Shown here: piece after piece, positions 26,617-40,048 of the stretch
Layout of the letters: each line of letters opens with the position of its first letter
Position numbering within the stretch: position 1 is the stretch's first letter
DNA from: Botryllus schlosseri
Taxonomy: Eukaryota
Reading direction: 5' to 3'
Length of the DNA: 60,000 bases
Assembly (NCBI GenBank): GCA_051294905.1
Contig: CM119371.1
Coordinates: 41,542,001 to 41,602,000, forward strand
The notes under the pieces: model-generated
Databases searched by the model: none
The model's input: only the letters and a program-made list of their open reading frames with translations
What the model was told of the DNA's origin: nothing
Made by a program: the position numbers and the translations under genes

Positions 26617-28799
26617 CACGAAGTTCAATGATTCTCTGAAACGTGCGGTTATTCATTTTTTCAATAATAGAAGTGGAGTTTGTGCTTTGAAAAATATCAT
26701 AGTTCGCTCATGACTGATATAGAGCATGGAATAGGTAGGCTACCTCATCCCGTTGAATCAAATTGATACGACGCTTACTCTACTGTCAAATGGATTGAGA
26801 CGTTTTGATAATTACCGAAACTTGTAATCACGGGAACATGCCTAAAATAATTTAAGTAATTTTCAAAGCCAGCCAATTCTTTTATTACTTCAAGTAGTTA
26901 AGGTTTAATCTTGACTACTTTGACCCCCTCTCATTACCAACCCTAGTAGGCTCGTAATATATAGGAAACTTTGATGGCACGTTGAGTGATCTCAACTTTG
27001 CAATTGTAGAATGCTGTTGAGAAATTGTAATCGAATAATTCAATGATGAAGGTATTACAGCAACCCAGCGATCGCGTCATGGGATTCAGTGACGAAGTAC
27101 TTCTACTTTTTCAAACTATTCAAGTAGGTTTGGCCTACTTGCACTACCAGTGTTATTTTCTGCTACTTTTTATAATTCTACATGAGTTTTTCCGATAAAT
27201 CCACTGACTCTGCGCACTTTTTAATTTTAAAAGTTGACAGTAATCTGGATTTTGTGAGTGAGATATGTCAAAATATGTCAAAATATGCAAAAAATGAGCG
27301 CTGTACACATCTAGTTGAATTATCTCTACTTTTTCGATGCACTCAACTAGATTTTCCTACTCGCAGGACTTGATTAAATGAATGTGTCTTCATGCTACTT
27401 CCACTTCTACATCAAATATCATCGAAATACTCTACTTTATCGGAGTATACTTGAGTCAATTTTTCCACTTGTAGTACTCACTCAAGTTTTAAATTTGCCT
27501 TCGCCTTCCACACTTCCTTGCATAACTAAAATGTGGCAATATGTATCCTCACATCTGTTCTACCCCTACCTACCTCACCCGTGAATTAAGTTCTAACACA
27601 TACAACGATCATCTGGTCTTTTTCCGAATTGCTACGCCACGTCTTGTCGCTTTATACGCACCCCATAGTACAAATCTCCTCACATTCTGATAACCAACGG
27701 AATGTGAACCTCAAATGACTAATTATTGTTTATTTCGAACCAATTCCACACATTCCATAGCATGAAAACAATACAATTTATAGCATGTCAAGCAGCTAAT
27801 CAAAAAGTCTCAGTAAAAAGGAAATAATGAATCGCATTCATACGATCATCAGAAATTCAGATCGTTGTACATTGATAATTCGCCTCTTTGGCGGCTAACT
27901 TTAGGATATTACTTCAATGAGAAATTGAGAATGAAATATCTTGGTAATGGACGTTATAAACTAGGTTAGATTATTATCCAATTTTTCTCCTGATGTCAAC
28001 TGTACTAAGACATAAAAAGTGCTCACAAGATGATGATGGAACATAGAAAATCCTACATAATTGAATTTGCGCTGGTATGACACAGATATGTTCAACAAAT
28101 GTTTTTTGGTAATTTTTGTTAGTTAGTTATTTTTTATTGCATTTTGTTTGTATCATGATACAGATAAATACAAATACAAATAATCAAAATGTAAACACAT
28201 TACACACGATACATGTTGTATTTAGTAACATTTTTTTTTCATTTTTATATTTTTTCATTTTTTTGGTACTATTATCAGATTTATTTAAAGCTATGAAACT
28301 ACCTGATCAGTGATCACCAACACATATTGAGATTTTGGTATATTTATACATGTAACTACCTGCTACAATCATGGTGAAAGTTTGCGTTAAATGTATGTTG
28401 GCCTTGAGAAAGTATCATTACAAATATATATGATTAAATAGAGTTGGCCAAAGGTTGTTGATTTGACCAATAAATTCTAGGACAATTATTCTCCGACATT
28501 CTCCAACCTGATGATTTAAAAAGAGACCGTCGGTTGCTACAATGAAATATACAATATGACAATAAGTCATTGTAAAAAACAAATGATATCTATTTTTAAA
28601 TGAAGCTATTCCATTCTGACTTATTATTGTGTAATTCTGTAATTATTGTGTTTTCGAGAGCGGTTGCGATATTATAGCTGTTCTTTGTTAGTCTAAGTGT
28701 AATGGCATGGCTCTCGAGGTGTTCGATGTAGTCGATCTTCCACTCTGTCAGGATATTGCCTAAAAGTTTGCCGGGTTCTACAGTAATCCAAGAGTGAGC

Positions 28800-28915
28800 A
28801 GAAGCCATGGATCCATGCCTGCCGCCTACCACTGTCAAGAATGAGGAAGTGTTTGCGGAATTTGAAGTTCTCCTCGGCCAATTAAAACACCACGAACCTA
28901 AACCAGACAAATCAT
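28800..28915 (+). mobile_element. Short fragment of a Penelope-type ORF N-terminal region
   Basis: Translates CLPPTTVKNEEVFAEFEVLLGQLKHHEPK, which resembles from memory the segment upstream of RT in Penelope ORFs; not verified by search. Confidence 0.45.
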
Positions 28916-29998
28916 TTTCAACCATGTTTATCGTTTATGATGAGTCTGTGATGCGAATAAGTAATACATATATTTGATATCATGCAGTTTAAGGATGTTT
29001 GTATACAAACAGTTCAGGGGCAGTTCAAAATCTTTTGTGGATTGCCCTGATGAATTTATGAATAATACAATACTGTATTGGGAATTTGTCTTAATTCACT
29101 GCCGATTTTCCATTTACGCTTAAGTAGACTCGACTGTATACCTTCTTGAATGCATAATCTGTTCCATCGAGATACTGGATCTGTCAATATGCGGTCATTT
29201 TACCTGTTTTATAGTTTTCAATACTAAATACCGTAATGAAGTACCCGAACGAAACAATTACGGAATCAAAGAACCAAGAAAATACTGTTTCAAGTTCCAG
29301 AAAAGCTGTGAAATCCACATAACATTCCGCTTCCCCCGATCTGATATGTCTTTGCCACGCTATAGGACACGTAGTTGCAAACAATTCCATAGTTTGTTAT
29401 CTTTCGTATACCTCAATAGCTGTGAATGGGATAATGCCAGGCTGATACAATCCTTCCTTTCTGTATCAGGTCTATGATGAGTCGGCGATATACGGTTATA
29501 CAGCCTACATATTTGATTACTGTACTTCTATACAATACATACGACGTTCGAGATCCTCAACATCAATGGAGCTTGCACTCATTTGCACAATGAGAATTGT
29601 GTCGATGAATCTAAAAATATTTCTATGCTGTAGCAGCACGTGAACTTGACACACTGCAGATTTGCTGTAGATGTAGAATAAAGGCAACGATGTAGCCTAA
29701 CCTACCGGTAATATTGGTAATATGTGGGGCTTTGTTCCCAGAAATTTGATTTTGATCTCGTTTCCGATCCTATATAATTTGTTTGTATAATGTATATTGT
29801 ATATCCAACTAGGTGCCGCTCTTCCAGGTCGAAGCAAATAATGTACGAATGAGATGCGTATCGCAGTCACTAACGATGCCGTGTATGTCAGAGGATACTT
29901 GATCACTTGGGTACAAGGATCGTTTTGTATCGCATGTCGTTGTTAGATCAAGCTGCTAACCGATGTGGTGGGCATACGACGTAAATGTGCCTGCTATA

Positions 29999-31233
29999 AG
30001 TAGTTATATAGATCGCTCATGATGTGGCAGGGGCTCTTATGGGTGCGGCGGTGAGGTGCCTGAAAACTCGTGGTGGTGATGGCACCCTTTTGACCCCCCC
30101 CTCTCGGCGGTGAGGTGCCATGTGTTCTTATGGATGCGGTGATGATGGTACCCTTTCGGGTATAGGCTGCGGTGATGACGTGCCGTGAAAACTCGTGGTG
30201 ATGATGGTACCCTTTCAGACCCCCATGTGGTGATGATGTGCCTATGTGGTGATGATGGTACCCTTTCAGATATATGCTGTGGCGATGTGCCCACGGATTC
30301 TTGTGTCGTAGTGAACTAATGTTGTTCCTTTTTTGCTATAGGTTGTGTTGGTGATTCGCCATGTGTTCTTATGGGTGCGGTCGTGATTCGTACTTTCGGG
30401 TACAGGCATCTCTCGCACGATGTCGAATAGGTATCAGGTATAGTAAATAGTCACGTGATTGATTCTTAGTTAATGTGTATATCGCAAATTATTAAATATG
30501 ACCGAATCCAGGTAATCCTAACGTTTACGGTGAGTGCGACAATGATATATCGTTATTCTTATGGGCGCGGTCGTGATTCGTTCTTTCGGGTATAGGCTGC
30601 GGCGGTGACTCGTATTGAAAACTCGGGGTCGTGATTCGTACTTTCGGATATAAGCGGTGGCGGTAAGTCGTACTCTCGGGAATTTAGTTTGCCACAGAGC
30701 CGGCGTAGACGGCGGTTCGAATACCATCAATAGTCGCGTTCGCAAACTAACACTTCAAAAAGATGTGAAATATTTGTAAAATCCTACGATCGTTCACAAG
30801 ATACCACTTCCGGCATATCGATCTATTCGAAAACAACAACTTGATGCTTTATGTTCTCACTCTAATTTCATGATAAGTGTAATAAGTGTCGAATAACAGA
30901 TACACCACCGGCGAGACTTGAATACCAACAAATTGTCACTTATTTCCGACGGGGAAATTCACTAAACCGCAGTACATTGTGCGATTTTGAAAAACAGATG
31001 TTTGCGCTTGCGATTTGATATGTGTGACCCACTAACTACGTCCGTTTTGGAAACGCGATCGGTTGTGCAAGAGGATTACGCAGTGCGTGCGGCCTATCCA
31101 ACCGTTTTCCACTTTAATCCCGGATGTGGGATTTGCAATCTATTTTTCACACTTTTTTGAAGTGTGAATTTGCGAGCGCGGTTATTGTTGGTTTTCCAAT
31201 CACCGTCTACGCCGGTTCTGTGGTAAACTAATT
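29999..31233 (+). mobile_element. Third, short copy of the Maverick-derived family with an intact left terminus
   Basis: Starts AGTAGTTATATAGATCG...GGGGCTCTTATGGG like 41322. GTGGTGATGATGGTACCCTTTC-type repeats at 30070-30270. 30681-30805 matches 41772-41895. 31125-31233 is an inverted copy of 30681-30790. No matching outer right terminus nearby. Confidence 0.7.
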
Positions 31234-31471
31234 ACTAAAGTAACACCATGCGACTGATTCATAGATTTAGCACACTATTTCGCACTGATTGGACTAGTGT
31301 AATAATCGATAGTAGCACACGGCTGGATGGGAAATAATTCAGCGCACAGGTCATTCGAAATATAGGCCGCACGCACTGCGTAATCCTCTTGCAAGTCCGA
31401 GTCCAAGTCCGAATTGTTCGGGTCTATTGATAAATTGCGATGAAAGCGGGTTGTCAAATGCGCAGAAATCT

Positions 31472-34400
31472 TCAATCAACCTTCTTAAACTTTGCGCCAA
31501 AAAGTTCCTCGAAAAATTCTCTCTGGGAAGGAACCCTCTCGAATGACAGGCTGGACTCCTGCGAAGATATTACGTCAGTTCTGTCACTAACGCCATTCAG
31601 AGGTAAAACAAACCTCGATGTTGAAGCGACCCGACACGCCGATCATAACGGAGTAGATGATGTTATCGCTCCCACCAATCGTAATGACGTCGCCGACCAC
31701 GTTCTCCAAGCGGCACCGCTCCATCTCGAGCTTGACTACCTGAGCTTCGAGAAGCGTGACGTGACGTGTGAAGCGTCAAACGTCACGGACATTGATTCAT
31801 AGATCTCGTGACTGACCTCCCAGAGCAAGTTTCCAGACAAAGATTCGATCCGAGGATGTCCGAGAAGCGAACGGAGCGCGCGCGCTGAGAAATTGTTGCG
31901 TTGCAAATTCACTGTCTTAGCCTGGAACGGTTTTGTTGGTCTACTGCTGAAGGAATGACGTTATAAAGCTACTCACGTGGACCGACTCCTTGAGGCATCT
32001 CGCGACGATGGCCAACATCTCGTCGTCTATATCGCACTTGTATAAATGCAGCCACTCAAGTCCTCGACTCTTCGCAACGAGCGTTCCAACGACGTGCGCT
32101 TGGTCACGACTCAATCGGATGCCAGATACATTGATAACGTCAAGCTGTTCCATGAGATCGTCGTCGTCTGATTCGTAGATCACCGTGTAAAGTTCCATGA
32201 GCACGCGGCTGCCGCCGAGTCTCTTCTTCTCGAGCTGTGAACGAATTGATCGCCGGAGGACTTGCCGCTTAAACGTTTGAGACGACACTGTGAAGAAACA
32301 CGAAACATGATGGTGATTGACCCTCTTGGCGACAAGCGTCACAATTCACAGTGCAGAGCCTACCATAATTTTCGATACTTTACCACGGGCAGCTCATTCC
32401 TTAATTCGGCCATACTCATTCAACATGATTTTAGAACGATTCCATACAGAAGAGACAAAGAAGGTTATCCGTGTGATTATGACTGCATGTGTAGAAGTTG
32501 ACGCCAACAATTAAAATATGTGCCAGTCAAATATATCATGCACCATTTTGAAAGTTAAGTCCAGCTTCGCTATATGACCTAAGTGAGTTGGCTTATTGAA
32601 ATCCGCTCACTATACTTTTAAAATGTATCTACACATATTGTGTTCAGGGTTATACGATATCCCCTGACGAGGGTCAGCCGAATAAAGCTTCGGGAATAAA
32701 TATGAATATTTTATTCGAATTCATACTTTATGATGCTGAAACGATTTATAGTTGCTGTCTTAACTCATCGCCAAATTCCGGTGTTTCCACATATGTGGTC
32801 ATTGATATTTAACGCCTGGAAGTTATTCATTTGATTCTTTGATTCATGAAATGCCCAGTTAAAGCAATAGCCATCAAGATTTCCCACTATAAACAAAGAA
32901 CGCCTACGTTCACCCTAATGGCGTAGGTCTGACCATTGGCGTTGAGTTATGGAGTAAACATCATCTAACTGAGTCACATGTAATATATCTGACCTCTGTA
33001 AATATCATTTTGAGATTTCGAGAAGACGACGCCTGCCACGAATCTTAGCACGACGGACCATCGTTTTAAATGGAGATGTTCTTCGTCGAAGCGAGAGAAT
33101 TCGTCGAACTCCATTTCTGCTACGAAGATCGCTGCCAGATATTCTTGAATGCTTTGATGGCAAAAGAAGAATATGAAGTCTCCTTGCATCAAATGTCGGC
33201 TCAGTAAATTGTTCCCCGGAACTTTAGTCATTAAATCTTGGACTTCCTTCGCAGAAACTCCAAATAACTTCAAGTCTGCCTCATTGAATACGACCCGTCC
33301 TTCTTTCATACCTTTAAATGCCAATACCTTTAGTTTGTTGACGATTGCTAAAATTTGTTGCCGGTTACGAATGTTTTCGACGCTTTGTAGAGATGATATG
33401 ATTCTGTTGTATAGTTCTGTTACCGTTGTCGGAGGAGGTTTACTTGGATCTCTTCCCATCACAACTGCAGTTAGAATCAAGAAAACGGGAACCGAAACTA
33501 AATTGAGCAATCTTGGGGACATAGTTTCAATTTTCTGCCAGAGAACCTCTCCTTCCTCTCGGAGTAGAGAGGCGAACAGCTTATGCGCGTCTACTAGAGT
33601 TAGACCATTAAGCGTGACGATGGTTTCGGGTCGGGCCTTTGCTGGTAACTCCGAAATCTTGAACTCGCGTGACGCTATGTAGACTTTAACGTGGCGAAGG
33701 ATATTACGGGATAGAATGTTATACATCACTGTCCAAGAGCTTGCTTTTTCGTGCTTTCTTATTTGACGAAGATTATTTTCATCAAAATCCCATCTTGCTT
33801 GATCAAGCCCGTCAAATATTAAAACTGCCTCAGATTGATTTTCATCCAACCATTTGAATGCCTGATCCTCTTCAAATTCATTTTCGTAAAGCCCACCAAA
33901 TAAAAATTTTGACGGTTTAATTTTATCCTCCACTTCCACATCCTTCAATTCAATGTAATGCACCATTCTTTTACCATAAGAGGACGGGTCTTCAACCTGA
34001 TTCATTGTTACACCGAGCACTTGACTAGCTATTCTTCGTGTAAGTGTGGATTTTCCCGATCCGGCCGATGCCACAATAGCGGTTATGCCAACTGGTTTTG
34101 ATAGGTCTAATTTTTTCTTCTGGCATATAGATGCCACTACGTCGCTGATTCCGATATTTCCCGCTCCGATTCTGTACTCGCTTAGAAATCCAACTTCATG
34201 TACCAGGTGATTATTGCTATAGTTACCTTTGTAATAATCGTACACATCTACTTGTTGCATCTGCGGATAAACTTCAAAGTCAGGTTGCTGAAGCTTTTCA
34301 AATGTGAAGTCCTCGAGGATATCAATGGCGGCCAGCTTCTTAGTATTGTAGTTACAAATTTGTATTAGTTTTCCATAATTGATACCTGAAAGAGTGAACA

Positions 34401-37271
34401 AGGAACATTTTAAATCTGGGAATAGATACAGTATTTTCCGCAATGCGAAATTAGCTGGTAGTTTTATGTTCCCTCCCAATAACGATCTCTGGGCTGGAGA
34501 GCGGCGGTATCTATTTTAAAATAAGACTATGATAACCTAGTCACTACAAAGAAAAATCGTACTTTCGGCGCGTGAAATCTTCCTGTTGTTTTGGTAGTTT
34601 CACAGGCAGGTTTTACGCATTTGTCTTCTCGCAACCTCAGTCGAATGACTGTATGCTTATATCAACTTCATTTTCAATATAGATTACGTCAGGGATCAGC
34701 CACTCCTGGCACACATGCCAAAAGTGGCACGCAATATGATTTTTCATGACAAGATAAATGATTTGATGAGAAATATTATGACCATGTTTCTTGCAAAAAG
34801 TGAAGCAAAGTTTTCAAAATGTGAAAACACTCGAAAGTGAATCCAAATTATTTCGTATAGGGTCTTTTGCGGCAGATTTTTTTTAAAACTTCTCTCCGCA
34901 ATTCCGCGTATTGTCCGTAATTGCTCCGCGGGCCGTAAAATACTCGGGTATACCCTACGCCAGGGGTGGGCAATTGTTTTTCTCTGCGGGCCAAATGAGA
35001 AGTAGAAAATACGTTGGCGGGCCGAGTGAAAAAAATTAGCTTTATATTCCAGCGCATTTTAATTTTATTTCTAAATTACGTTGTTATTTATGCTGCTCAG
35101 TGAATGTGTTAATGTTAGGCAGTGGCTCTGCGCCATGGGCGGCAAAATGTGAGGTGATGACCTTTTTGTTTCTTTAGTCAACACTATATACAGAAATACT
35201 AAAAAAGGTGGGTAATGCCGAGTCGAGGACAAGTGATGACCTTTTTTTAATTAACATAACAAGATTTCCAGTAAATATAAAACTACTTTAAAATTTGGGC
35301 GGCATTTTCAACGAAAGCCATGGGCGGCAGCATATGCTCCTACGCCACTGATGTTAGGTAATGAGAAAGTGGCGGTTAATTACAAAATGATCTATTTGAT
35401 CTGGGAACAATGTTGAACATGGTGCATTTTAAACTCCAATAAAACCCCTCTCCACGTTCTTTCATAAAGACACTAAAACAGTATTTCTCAAACTTTTTTA
35501 GGCAAGCTTCCCTCTATGATAACGAAAAATTTCGACCCCCCTCGCCATCATGATATCACAAAATATTAAATAGAGCATCGAGAATGCTAGCAACCCCCTA
35601 CGGGTGGTTTGTTGACATGGAAGGTTGTGGCTGATAATGAGAGATTTCTTAAATATCAAAGTAGGACAATACACAGAGCCATAACTATGTTACCATAAGC
35701 ACGGGATAAATCTTGCAGAGCGCGAAAAAAATTAATTCAACTACGGCTTCGCACCCCTCTTCAGATGCTTTCACGCCCCCACTTCGAAAACTACTGTACT
35801 TAAACGTATATGGCATAGAACAATGTTTATTGCGCTGCCTTCCCGGCAGTGCGCAGGGATTTCTTGTGACTTTACTTGCTATTCATACTTAGCCACATTG
35901 CCTTTATTTTAAATCTGGATTAGGCATGTACGGTACGTAGGCAGCGTAATCGTGGCATATTAATGAACAGGCTTCAAAGTCAACGAATTATCTGTTTACT
36001 TGATACAGCCTATGGTTTTAGTCCACGAGTCAACATTTAAAAAGCAGGTTTTATGTTACGAATTCCAAGCAACCTTTCGGAGGCCGCACAGAATGGCTTG
36101 ATGGGGCGCATTTGGCCCGGGGGCCGCCCTTTGCCCAGGTCTGCCCTACGCTAATCTAAAAGCATTCAGTGAACCCCTAATTTTCAGTGAGTCACAAAAC
36201 ATAAATATACACAGTGTGCACGGTGCATACCATATCTGATGTAATCTGTGGGGCTACCAGAAAGCTACGCAGGCTGACTTGTGCGAACTACCCATTCAGT
36301 TAGTTGATGGTCAACTAACTAACGATTTTTGAGTAGTTCTAGGTTAGTTTTAGCTGCTGATTTTGAAAATTGAATAGTTGTAGTTCTTGTTCTAGTTTCT
36401 GATTTTGAAAATTGACCAATTCAAGTTCTATTTCTTCTTGTCGATTTTGAAAATTAGATAGTTCTAGTTCGAGTTACGGATTTTGAAAGTCGGGTACTCG
36501 TAGCTTTAGGTATATTTTAAAAATTGAGTAGTTAGTTACGGATTTCGAAAATCGGGTAGTTCTAGTTCTAATAAAAGTTGCGAGTATAAAAAACTGGGTA
36601 GTTGTAATTTTAGGTATATTTTAAAAATTGAGTAGTTCTATTAACGGATTTTGAAAGTTGGGCAGTCCTAGTTCTAGTGTAAAAGTTGCGAGTTTAAAAA
36701 TCTGGGTAGTTTTAGTTCTAGTTGCGAATTTTAAAAGTCGGGTAGTTTTAGTTTTAGTACTAGCTATATTTTAAAAATTGAGTAGTTCTAGTTCTAGTTC
36801 CGAATAAAACAAGATTACACTCACCTTGAGCATGACTTGCTTCGTTTTCATCATTTCTAATGTTGTTGATGATCAGATTTCCAGACACAATGTTAACCGT
36901 GCTGTTCATGATCTGCAGATTGCCGATTTCACCTTCTGCCAGCGTCGCAGATCCTGAGACACCACGATACTAGCATAATATACGATGTTGCTATGCATAC
37001 TTCAAATGTTGGATCAATGTATAAGGATAGGACAATTGAACCGTCTCAGCGTTACAATTACAAGTATTAGGTCACATATTGGTATGATATTATTATAATA
37101 TATAGTATTTAACTAACTTTGAAAAGATTTTATGTTAATAAATTTGATAAAATGATTAGCAACTAAAATATTTCAGGGTTTATACTCACCGCTTGTACCG
37201 CTTGTCCCGGAAGATGACGACATAGGGATATCGGTCACTCCAGAATTCTGTTCTTCACACCTTTCAGCCAT
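31472..37271 (-). CDS. NACHT-domain NLR-like protein with short C-terminal LRR-like region (spliced, 7 coding exons, about 743 aa)
   Basis: Phase-consistent exons on - strand: 37271-37190, 36953-36825, 34385-32994, 32287-31977, 31921-31817, 31739-31614, 31558-31472 (2232 nt). Walker A ASAGSGKST, Walker B LIFDGLDQ, sensor IASRE, VPVFL, winged-helix FFFCHQSIQEYLAA, then LRR-like LEWLHLYKCDIDDE and VNLQRNNFS. The NACHT exon is secure; the small terminal exons rest on splice signals and frame only. Confidence 0.85.
32658..32700 (+). ncRNA. Orphan hammerhead-like motif (Penelope-type remnant) in an NLR intron, antisense to the gene
   Basis: TATCCC-CTGACGA-G-GG-TCAG-CC-GAA(TA)AAGCTTC-GGGAATAAA: core CUGANGA, short stem II, palindromic AAGCTT, stem I closure and AATAAA; GAAA is interrupted. 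Confidence 0.45.
34961..36143. mobile_element. hAT-type MITE with two nested MITEs in an NLR intron
   Basis: CAGGGGTGGGCAA / TTGCCCAGGTCTG ends with perfect TSD CCCTACGC. Nested 35120-35350 (CAGTGGC / GCCACTG, perfect TSD ATGTTAGG) and 35479-35796 (degenerate TSD). Confidence 0.85.
36330..36800. repeat. Degenerate intronic minisatellite (GTAGTTCTAGTT..TTTTGAAAATTGA, unit about 35-40 bp)
   Basis: About a dozen head-to-tail imperfect copies next to NLR coding exon 2. Confidence 0.8.
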
Positions 37272-37348
37272 TATTACGAAAACGTGATAATATATTGTAA
37301 CTGCATGAGATAAACCTGAAAATACAATCGTAAGTAATACAATCGTTT

Positions 37349-37459
37349 GAATCGTAAGTCTAAAGACTCGAATGGCATAACCTGGTCAGTTCGTGTTATC
37401 TGAATATCACGAACTGACTATAGGTTATGCCATTCGAGTCGTCTTTATACTGACGATTC
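37349..37459. repeat. 111-bp near-perfect hairpin upstream of the NLR first coding exon
   Basis: GAATCGTAAGTCTAAAGACTCGAATGGCATAACCTGGTCAGTTCGTG pairs with CACGAACTGACTATAGGTTATGCCATTCGAGTCGTCTTTATACTGACGATTC. Confidence 0.85.
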
Positions 37460-39864
37460 CAGCAACCAGAGTCACATTATCCATGCAAACAAATGGCCAG
37501 CAGGATACCAGCTTTACTGATCATGTCTTCGGACAGAGTCACACGTAGATTAAACCCACTCTATACCGATCAAGAAGCCGAACGTTCAGACAGTAGTCTA
37601 CCCTTTATGTAATCTAGGGCAGGGCTCTTCAACAGGGTGCATCGTACATCGCAGAGGTGAACCGCTCAGATGGGGTGTTTCTGGGTGTACCAGAACCGCA
37701 TTACAGTGGACCGATGACTAACCATCGCAATAAATAGGCACGTTTATGCTACAGAACATGTTGACGTTTACCGTGTGTGCAATATCGTACAATGCTCATA
37801 TCAGATGTACGCAACTTGTATATTACATTCTTTTGAAAGACATAGGCTAATACTTCCTCTCATCATTTAAACGTTGGTAATGGACTTATTGGTTGATTTT
37901 GGAGTAGAGCAAGATGGAGTTGACCTGTGTTCAGCATGCAATATCAGTATATAATGATTCTTGACGAAAGCGCCGCGAGACATCAGGCATTTAAATCGGT
38001 TCTTCGCGTGAGATGCTTCTAAATAGAGAAGTGTACGAAATTGCATGAGCGTATAGCCAGGTCTCGAGGGGTCGAGGTTGAGAACTACTGTGCTAGATTG
38101 TGATGTGGTAAAATCGAGCCCTGATTATTATTTAGCATTTCAAATACGTTGCTGCCTTGTTCATACTTATTTCAACAGCTCAGAGGAAGCCAATCTGCAG
38201 AGGTACGGATGGGTCAGACACATGCAGCCGCTATACCTAAATGCGGTCATTTACACCGCAGACGTTCGCGGTCGGCGGCGTGTAATTCGAGTTAACGAAT
38301 TGGTTCCTAAATACTTAAGAGATTTTTAATGAGCTTGAAAGTTAGATTATCGCATGGCGAGATTCAGGGTAAATTCGTTTTTAATCAAATGGTGAAATCT
38401 GTCCCCACCGTACAAATGCAAACTGCAGAGGAAAATGATGTAGGCCTAACCCATAAAGATACGAAGTTGGAGTCACACGAGTCTTACGAAAGATGGTTTT
38501 TCTGGTATCAATTCCAGTATACATTTCGACTATGCCCACAATCCTGATGGGAGGCCAAAGAATAACAAAACACGAAAAAGAGGCAAATAAAAGCTGGGAT
38601 ATGCATCACATTAATCTGTCGCCCAGAATTTTCGAAGACACCCCCTCCATCATAGCATCACCAGTTAATCTGATCACGTGCGGCAAGATGAATATTGACA
38701 GTAACATATGAAACAACCAATATTATCGAAGAAATAGATTTCCCAGGTGAAAAATCTTTTGCTCACTGTGCTACTAGAAAAGGTATCTAGATATAGTTTT
38801 TTAGCATTTATACTAGCAATTTCGATGAACATATAGTAGACCTGCATACTTTTTCTGCTATTACAGTTAAAAACTTTTATACGCAAGGTGCATCAAAAGA
38901 AATCGGTCATTCAAGCCGTCTTCTTTTGTGCATTTGCCAAAGATAGTTTATTTTGGGCATTTTTCCAATTTTATTTTTGGCAGTTCTGGCATCGCCAGGA
39001 ATTCATGTTCGTATACTCGAATCAACGATATAAAACGCTGCATAGTGTGATCCATCATACTAAACGAAAGTCACAACACGTGCACTAACCTATTGTGTCA
39101 TCACACAGCGACAGTAAAAACCGAATTGACAACGGTGTTGGAAAGTCAATTCAGTTTCCAAATAGGCCGTGGACTAGCCCGCGCAAGTGTGCCGACCTTT
39201 CATTAGTAATCAGCTTATCAAATTTTGAGCTGGGCCATGGAACATTTTCGTATTGGAAATGGAGTCGCGACCATAAACGGTTGGAAACCACCACGTGTGC
39301 GGTGCTTATATAGCTCAGTGGTGCATTGCACACAGGCATCAGGCAGATAAATAATCTTATCGATGTGACACGAGCATGACTTTACTATGTACGATTGCTA
39401 TGCACAATTTTCAGAAGTAGTCGGAAAATTTGAAAAAATGATTTTGAACAGCTCCGTTGTACAATTATTTCTCCAGTGCTGTAACTGCGATGTAGTCTGT
39501 AATGCAATCGGTAAAACCTTTAGTAGTATCAAAAGGTATCTGTTCTTTTGTCACTGTACATAGCTGCATGCCCGCTTTTACAGCATGCTGGCCTGGTGAA
39601 AATACCGCTCCAGACATAAACATGCATTTGTTGATTCTCTATCAGCTGGTATCTAGACGTGAATTCGTTGGTTCTCTATCAGCTATTTGTGAGCTGTCGT
39701 CGAAGTGCTCGTAATAAAAACTGAATGCTTGTATTTGTGATGTATATCAGACTGACAAGACAGATATTTGATTTTAAGTTCTAAGATTAGAGTTATCATA
39801 TCGGCTGTCTGTCTCGTCTATCTGTAGCATAGGAATTCGATATCACCCAAGCAGGATTGAAAAC

Positions 39865-40048
39865 ATGACTTGAACATGACTTCAATACTTTGACTTGGAC
39901 TCGGACTCGAGTCATAACGCTATGACTCGAACTTGACCCTTTAAACGGTGACTTGGACTCGGACTCGACTCGGTGATGAACTGAAAATGACTCGACTTGA
40001 CTCGAGTCAAAACCACAAAAGTAAGCTTGACTCGTGACTCGGACTTGT
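39865..40048 (-). mobile_element. GACTCGAGTC-rich MITE, copy 5 (partial)
   Basis: Matches 14000-14160 and 26495-26600; cut off where the Maverick-derived sequence begins. Confidence 0.7.

Noticed and set aside
33173..33682. 169-aa + strand ORF (and antisense ORFs at 16331-17456)
   Set aside because: Antisense shadows of the NACHT exon and the large PHF14 exon.
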